Positions 1 through 64,000 of a stretch of DNA of 64,000 nucleotides are shown here, one piece after another. Origin of the DNA: the human T2T-CHM13v2.0 reference genome, Homo sapiens; NCBI RefSeq assembly GCF_009914755.1, contig NC_060933.1. The stretch is one strand, 5' to 3'. A model generated the notes under the pieces. The model did not search any database, was not told where the DNA came from, and saw nothing but the letters and a program-made list of their open reading frames with translations. Positions within the stretch are counted from its first letter, which is position 1; each line of letters begins with the position of its first letter. A program made the translations under genes and the position numbers.

Positions 1-316
1 TGGCCTGTCTGGTGCATTCCCACTGTCCTGTACCCCTCGGCCTCCTTGAGCCCCCCAGGGTCCTCCTGACAGGCTGGTGCTTTCACCTTGCGGGTCCTGT
101 GGGACACCGTGGGGGGGGGGGGGCGGCGGGGCTGAATTCGGTTCCCTTGGGCGTTCCCCACCTGATCCGCGTCCCCCGAGGGGTGTGGGGGCTCCCGCGG
201 CCACGCCTCCCACCTCCCTGCGCCATTACTCCATTGCTGTGTGTGCATTGTGGCCTCCCTGGAGAGCGGCGGGCGGGCGGCAGACGGGGCCGCGCTCACC
301 GCCAGTCTCCCCGCAG

Positions 317-55565
<55,249 letters not shown>

Positions 55566-56389
55566 GTGAGTCCTGGGCACTGTGCCCCTCCCAGTGCCAC
55601 GTCTTGTCTCGGTACAGCTCAGGCTTCTCCCACATCTCCTGCTGATCCCTGACTCTGATCCAGGCCATGTCAGAAGCTGAGTCCATGCTGATGGCCCTTG
55701 TTTCCCCAGAGATGGCGACTTTGTTAGCCAGAGAAAGGGCCGACATGGTAACGGGCTCCTGTGGGCCCTTCCTTGACATCCGTGGAAAAGGGTTACATTT
55801 CCAGGGGCAACTGTTCCTTAACTTCCAGCTTCTAGAAGGTCATCCACTGTGGTGATGGGATGTGAAGGAACAGCATCCCAGCCAGTGTACGGGGAAAGCA
55901 GCTGGACTGGGTGGGGAGGTCGGCAGGGCAGGCCCCAGAGGTGTGGATTTTATTTCACATCCATGGAAGCCTCTGGGGGCCTCACAGCATCTGCTTGACG
56001 TTTTACAGCTTGGCTCTGGCTTCTGTGTGAGTAGTGAGGACGTGGCTGCAGAGCGAGTGAGGAGACGACTGGGGGCAACAGTGGCCTGGAGAAAGGAGAG
56101 GCAAGGGAGTGAGGTGGGATTAGGCTGCATTTTAAAAGTAGAGCTGGCACGATTGATGATGAGAGATGGGCATGCGAAGAGGAAAAAGCAGGCTGCATCC
56201 TGGGGTTTTCTGGGGCCACAGGGTGAGCAGTTCTTCTGAGATGGGAGTACTGGGGAGCTGAGATTAGTTTAGGGTTGGAGGCAGCAGAGATGCCCAGCGA
56301 CCTCTGGGCTGGATGGAAACGAGTTGTCGTTAGTGTTCGGTGTGTTCGTGGGGCTGCATGCTATTTGCTGGATCCCTGTTAATGCGAAG

Positions 56390-56558
56390 CTTAGTGCAGT
56401 GACCTGCGTCCAAAGCAGTGCCTGAGTGCCTGTTAGACATACAGATTCCCAGGCCACTCCCGAGACTGCATCAGGGTGTCTTGGAGATGGATCCAGGAAT
56501 CTGAGTTTTAACAAGCTCTCAAGGTGACTCTGTGTGTGTTGAACTTTGGTGAGCACTG
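56390..56558. mobile_element. MER5A-like hAT relic within L2 sequence
   Basis: cagattcccaggcc...ccaggaatctgagttttaacaagctc.caaggtgactc. Confidence 0.6.
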
Positions 56559-56767
56559 ACGTAGGGGAAGAACAGTGTTCAGAAGAAGGCTGAAGACTCT
56601 ACCCCAAGGGCATTGAGGAGGCAGAAAGGAGCACTAGATCCAGAAACTGAGGTGGAGCAGTCCAGGAGGCAGGTGGAGAACCAGGAGTGGGCGGAGAGAG
56701 GAAGTAACCAGCCATGCACCATATTGACGGAAGGTGATGCAAGATGATGACCAAGAATTGTTAACTG

Positions 56768-57438
<671 letters not shown>

Positions 57439-59084
57439 TCACTCCTCAGTACAAGGGTAGAAAAGTGGATTATCCAGATTCGGGATTTCCCAGACAAGTG
57501 CAAGGAGGGAGAGAAGGGTGTGTATAAGAGTGTGGTTATTGTGCTGGACGTGGGATCAAAGCTGGGGACAGAGGAGGGTGAGGGGCAATGCCACTGGATT
57601 GGAGGTTCTCGTGAGGACATGTTTTGGGATGCAGGTATTTGAAAAAGGGAGCCGGAAAAGTAGGCGATGTGAGCAGAGTGGGATGTGTGAGGTGGAGACT
57701 CGGGAGGCAGTGAGTGATGCCATCGGTAAACATCATTGCCGTCATTACATTATCATTGCAAGATCATTACATTAACATTAGCATGATCACTGTTGATAAG
57801 CATGTTTAGTGTGATTTGTGGAACAAGGAGATGAGCTGATGGGTGAGAAGGTTCAGGAAGGGAGAGGGCAGGCAGCGGTCGTCCCATCTCTGTGGATCTT
57901 AAAAGCAACAAGAATGATAACAAGAATAGAAGTGGAGACAAAAACAGCAAGCCAGGTGCTAAGTTTTTCATGAAGGAAGGGGAAACTTAATAGATGATGT
58001 GAGCCCCAGAGAACAGGTTTTTAAAGAAGAGACCAGAGGGGACATCCATCCTCTTAGATGTTTGAGCCAGAGCAAGAACAAGTGGAGAGCACTCAGGGGA
58101 GATGGAGATATAAGGACTTGTGCTGATGGCGGACTGTGAGCTTTGCAGGGTGCAGTAGGAGGTTGAGGTGGTTGGGAATGATGTGCACTTGAGACAGGTG
58201 AGCTTACACTTAGATAGAGAAATACAGAAGAACCTACAAAACTGTGTTTCACTACTTGCTAGAAACCAAGGGAAGGATTTCCATGTTTGAGTCATCTCCT
58301 GATCCCTCCGAAGACCCCTTGTGGGCAGCAGGGAGGGTGGGCTTTTTGGAGAATCACTTTCCTGAGGCATTGGTCTCTATACTGTTCAAAGACATCTGGT
58401 GCTGTAAGAACCAGCACACCTGTGGGCACAAAGCCAAACCTACTAGCCTGACCTTACCATGCACCTGGCCGCAGAGATGGGGTTCCACAGAAAGCCACAT
58501 TCATGATACCACACCACGTACAGGGCCAGCACTCACTAGACATGTCCAGGATGAGTCGAGGAATCCTTGGGTTTAGCTATCACTCCTGTGCAGAGAAGAG
58601 GGTATTTCGTGGCCACTGTCCTTTGTTCTTGTCCCCATGGACCTCAGTCATGGTTCTTGGCTAACCCTGGTGTCTCCTTACTGAAACTGTAATCCTAATC
58701 CTTCTGGCACTTCCCTCACAGATTGGACATGCTGGGCAACTCATGCTTTGAAACACTTGGATGTGGTTTGGTCTGATAGAGAAGTGACATGGAAAAAATG
58801 GGACTGTGAATTTGGGATGGGTGGCAGGACTTCGTTAGGTTGGGATTTGGTTCCATTAATTGGAATAGAGGGTGCTGATGGAAGAATAGGGAATGAGGTT
58901 GTTCATGACAGCCTGCTGATAATCACTGAGTCAGGCACTATGCAGGGTCTTATGAATACATTAAGTATTTTAGTCTCTGTGACAGTCCTGAGATTGGTAT
59001 TATTATTATTACAATGAAGAAATGGAGGTCTAGAGATGTTAAATATCTTAGCCTGAGTTTAGAACCTAAGCTTTTGAAATGGAC

Positions 59085-60032
59085 AAATTCCTAGAAAGAC
59101 ACAAATTATCATAACTGACTGAATTAAGTAGAAAATATGAATAGACCTGTAACGAGTAAGAAGATTGAATCAGTAATCGAAAACTTCCCAATAAAGAGAA
59201 GCCCAAAACCATATAATGGCAAAGGGACACTCTTTGCTGGGAAAACGGGACATCCACATACAAAAGAGTGGAGTTGGACTCCTACCTTATACCATATACA
59301 AAGATTAACATAAAATTAAATAACTAAATGTAAGAGCTATAACTATAAAGCTCTTAGAAGAAAACATAGTGGGTAAATCTTTATGACGTTTTACTTAGTA
59401 ACAGAGTCTTAGATTTGACACCAGAATCACAATAAAAGAAAAAATAAATTTGTCTACTCAAAATTAAAAACTTTTTAGAATCAAAGGACACTATCAACAG
59501 AATGAAAAGGCAACTCAAGGAATTGGAGAAAATATTTGTAAATTACATTTCTGATAAAGGGTTAATATCAGAATTGTTGAAAGAAAATCTTTAGCCAAAT
59601 TAAATTTAACAGAGTTTAATTGAGCAAAGAATGATTCGCAAGTTGTGCAGCCTCCTGAGTCTGAGTAGGCTCAGAGACTCCAACACAGCCACATGGCAGA
59701 AGAGGATTTACGGACAGAAAAAGGAATATGATGTACAGAAAATGGAAGTGAGGTACAGAAACAGTTGATTGGTTACAGCTTAGCGTTTGCCTTATTTGAA
59801 CACAGAACAGTTAGCTCCCTTTGATTGGCCAAAACTTGATGATTGGCGTGATAATAGGTTACAAAGTCTGTTTACACTTCCATTTAGGTTATAGTTCACT
59901 AGGTACAGAGAAGCCTCTAGGCTGAACTTAAAATATATAAGGAGGCAGCTTTAGGCTAAACTTGATTTAACAAAATGTATAAAGAACTTCTACAACTCAA
60001 CAACAAAAATAAAACAACCCAATTAAGAAATG
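59085..60032 (+). mobile_element. L1 ORF2 fragments (sense), interrupted by an LTR
   Basis: gaaatggacaaattcctagaaagacacaaatt; atcaaaggacactatcaacagaatgaaaaggcaac. Confidence 0.8.
59575..59972 (-). mobile_element. ERV1 solo LTR (MER57-like)
   Basis: Reverse complement begins tgttaaatcaagtttagcctaaagctgcctccttatatattttaagttc; TG..CA ends; imperfect 4-bp TSD gaat/aaat. Confidence 0.75.
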
Positions 60033-61977
60033 AGAGGTAACGTCAGCAAGATGGCTGACCTTCCACCTAGTGCTTGTCCTTCTCAAAAAGACAGAACAAT
60101 GAACAAAAAATTACATTTTAATGAAAATAACTGAGGGAGAGTCTCGGAGTACATCAGAGGTGTAACAGAGACACTGGTGAGCACAGAAACTTGGGATGGC
60201 CACTTAGAGAATGGAATGAAACACCAAGCAAACACCACCACCCCATCCCACAACTAGGATCAGCTGGGACCTAGGAGAGCTTTTCCCTTTGGTGAGGAGG
60301 TAAGCAAGAGGATCCCAGCAGCCCCCATCACCATCTCGGACACCTGCAGACCCTACCACTCGGGTCCCCTGCAGTCCTCAAGGCACTAAGCCTAGCTGAG
60401 GGAGCTGCCTGGGGTCCACACACCTGTGCTCCCTCCAGAGACAAAGCCAACACTGCTCAGCCCCTGTGGCCCACGTGGCTACTGTGTTCCACTACCTAGG
60501 AGTTGGAACTAGAGCGGGAGTGTGACTTGCTCCTGGAGTAGCCGCAGCTTCCCTTTATCCTTGAGGCAAAACTGCCATCAAACTAACCAAGACTGGTGGC
60601 CGACATCCCCAAGCTGAGCTGCAAGCAGCTGTTACACCCTTCCCTGAGGGGCCACGTGGAGGTGGAGCTGCTTCACCTACCCTTCCCCTCCATGCCCATA
60701 GGCCAGAGCTGAAGTGGTACCCTGCCTCCTGGGAAAACAGTACCTTGGCCACTCAGAGCGGTCACACCTCCCCAGTGTCTTAAGTTGAAGCAGTTCCCTG
60801 CATCCCAGGAAATGGTGCGTTGGCCACCCAGAGCAGTCACATCCCCCAAGCCTGAGCTGAAGTGGCACATTGTCCCCACCCCCCACCCCTGGGAATCAGT
60901 GCCCTGGATGAACTGAGGGCTGTGCATCCCAGGGCTGAACTGACATGGTACCCTGCCATCCCAGATAAATAGAGCATTGGCTCAGCTGAGACACCCAGCC
61001 CCATAGGCCAAATAGCTCTATTGCCCTGCTTTCCTGGAGCTAGACTTGCCCCCTGGAGTCTGAGCTGCTGAGACAGACCTGGGGAGTGGAGTTCCCTGCC
61101 TCCCCAGGGCTCAAATGAGAGCGGTGCTCTGCCATTCTAGGGTACTTGCTGCTGCTACACCTGTTCTCACAGAACCTGGGATACTGCCAAGCCCTACCAT
61201 CCCAGGGTCTAGAGTAACCACTACATGGTGCCTTTTCCCCTGGGACCCAAGATGCCACTAACCCCTATTGGTTCAGGTTCCTGAATTGCAGCTGTATCCA
61301 ACTTCTCAGGCCCAAAACTCCAGAGCACCCCTTCTTCCTGAATTGGACCAGTGCTATGCCCTGCCCCCACCCCGCCCAGGAGTAGAATCACAGCTATAAT
61401 CTCGCCCCCTGGGCCTGAGCTGCTAGGGAATGGCTTAGAATCAGATCCTGGCACTGTGGGCAACGTACACCCAACTCTGCCCCAGGGAGCAAACCTGTAC
61501 CCCAACACCCAGGTGCCACAATAAGTTCATGAGATTCTAAGTATAGGACACCAGCTCCACAGCCACTCTGAGCACCTGCACCTGGAACCCAGTGGTGCTG
61601 CAGCTGATTGCAGGCCATTAGACCTGATACCAAGAGGTGTCCCCTCAGCTAAGTCTTCCCATTGTGGGGAAAACAAAAATAACAGGACCCCAAAAGCCCT
61701 TGACACTGAGGACATTTACAGCCTACACTGCCACTTCTGCTGCCACAAACTTCTACACCCTGGACAACTGAAGTGCCCACAATTACTGCTAATGTTGAAT
61801 GCAGCTAAAGAAGTTGTAGGGAGACTATACCACTGCACCTGGAAACAGAGTAACTATGCCCTTCCCAGCTGGCACACTAAAACCCAACTGTACTGTACAA
61901 AGTTTGGAAGAGGTGATTTGTTTTACCAGATGTACAGACATTAAGGGACACAAGACACTTGAAAAAGCAAGGAAATC

Positions 61978-62336
<359 letters not shown>

Positions 62337-63685
62337 CTAAATTTAAAAACTGACAGAAAAGGGATTCAAAATAATGTTCTTAAAGAAGTGCAACAAGATA
62401 CAAGAAAATACAGATAGACAATGCAATGAAATCAGAAATGCAATTGACAATATGAATGAAAAATTCAACAAAGAGATAGGAATCATAAAAAAAGAACCAA
62501 GCAGATATCCTGCAGCTGACAAATTGAATGAATGAAATTAAAAATAAAAACTAACAATAGAGAGCTTCAGCAGTGAGTCTGATCAAGCAGAAGAAAAAAG
62601 AAATCTCTGAACTTGAAGATAGGTCATTTGAAATTAGTAAGAGGGAAAGAAAAGAAATAATTAAAAAGAGTGAAGAAAAGCCTTCAAGAATTATGGAGCA
62701 TGATTAAGCAAAAAAATATTTTATGGGTGTCTAGAAGGAAAAGAGAAGGGAAAAGGTATAGAAAATCTATTTAATAAAGTAATAGCTGGAAAATTCCCAA
62801 GTCTGGGGAGAGATGTGGACATCCAAATCCAAGAAGCTCAACAGTCCCCCAATAGATTCAACCAAAAAGGTTCTCCCCGGGACATGTTATGGTCAAACTG
62901 TCAAAAGTCAAAGAGAAGAGAAAATTCTAAAAACAGCAAGAGAAAAGCATCAAGTCACATATAACAGAATCCCCCGTTAGACTGAAAGCAGATTTCTCTG
63001 CAGAAATTTTATAGACCAGGAGAGAATGGAATGGAATGGTATATTCAGAGTGGTAAAAGGAAAACAAAAAACAAACTGTCAGTCAAGAATACTATACCCA
63101 GCAAAGCTATCCTTCAGAAATGAGGGAGAAATAAAGTCTTTCCCAGACAAGCAAGAAGTGAGGGAATTCATCACCACTAGACCAGCCTTACAAGAAATAC
63201 ACAAGGGAGTCCTACATCTGGAAGCAAAGACATGATAATTACTATCGTGAAAACACACAAAAATATAAAACTCGCTGGTAGAGTGAGTTTCACAAAAGAG
63301 AAAGAGAAAATAATCAAACCTTACTATTACAGAAAACCACTAAACCGTAATGATAAATAATGAGAGGAAGAAAGGAAGAAAAGATATACAAAACAACCAG
63401 AAAACAATTAACAAAATGACAGAAGTAAGTCCTACCTATAAATGATAACCTTAAATGTAAATGGATTAAATTCCCTCACTTAAAGTATATAAACTGGCTG
63501 AATAGATTTTTTAAATGACCCAACTATATACTGCCTACAAGAAGCTCACATCATCTATAAGGACACATATAGAGTGAAAGTAAAGGGATGAAAAACATAC
63601 TCCACGTAAACAGAAACCAAATTGAGCAGGAGTGCTATACTTACATCAGACAAAGCAGGCTTTAAGTCAAAAACTCTGAAAAGAA

Positions 63686-63856
63686 GCCCAGTGTGGTGGT
63701 GCATACTTGTAGTCCCAGCAACTTGGGAGGCTGAGGTGGAAAGATTGCTTGAGTCCAGGAGTTCAAGGTGGTAGTGTGCTGTGATTACACCTGTGAGTAG
63801 CCACTACACTCCAGCCTGGGCAACATACCAAGACCCCATCTCTTTAAGAAAAAAAA
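63686..63856 (+). mobile_element. Alu monomer (FRAM-like)
   Basis: gtggtggtgcatacttgtagtcccagca...ctccagcctgggcaaca. Confidence 0.8.
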
Positions 63857-64000
63857 TTTTAGGGCAAGGAATGTCATTATATAATGATAAAGGAATCAAT
63901 TCAGCAAGAAAATACAACAATTGTCAATATATATGGACCCAACAGTAGAGCACCCAGACATACAAAACAAATATTATTAGATCCAAAAAGAGAGATAGAT

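Noticed and set aside
12-316. N-terminal 100 aa of ORF 12..1121
   Set aside because: Intronic read-through upstream of the exon 19 acceptor; the start codon is GTG, not ATG
63026-63235. Active L1 ORF1
   Set aside because: Only a C-terminal remnant; upstream ORF1 is interrupted by an AluY and stops

Overview
This is human (primate, Alu-rich) genomic DNA from the middle of CACNA1B, which encodes the Cav2.2 N-type Ca2+ channel alpha-1B subunit, on the + strand. Seventeen GT-AG exons (conventional numbering e19-e35, 317..55565) splice into one uninterrupted frame of 2821 nt. It runs from the II-III 'synprint' loop through all of repeat III to IVS6. Two in-frame microexons missed by the ORF track are present: e24a (12 nt, SFVG, 27382-27393) and e31a (6 nt, ET, 47065-47070), each with Nova-type YCAY clusters. 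The introns hold about 19 Alus, old L1/L2 fragments, solo LTRs, DNA-transposon relics, a decayed two-LTR ERVL provirus nested in an L1, and minisatellites. Nearly all other ORF-track entries are GC-rich or repeat-derived artefacts. I found no new protein-coding system. The best leads for undescribed biology are cis-regulatory: an AG-free, YCAY-rich minisatellite abutting the e26 acceptor; an octamer/AP-1 cluster overlapping a 204-nt AG-exclusion zone before e31a; a candidate third (poison) microexon in intron 24; and in-frame alternative acceptors at e19 and e32. Repeat subfamily names and boundaries are by eye and approximate.
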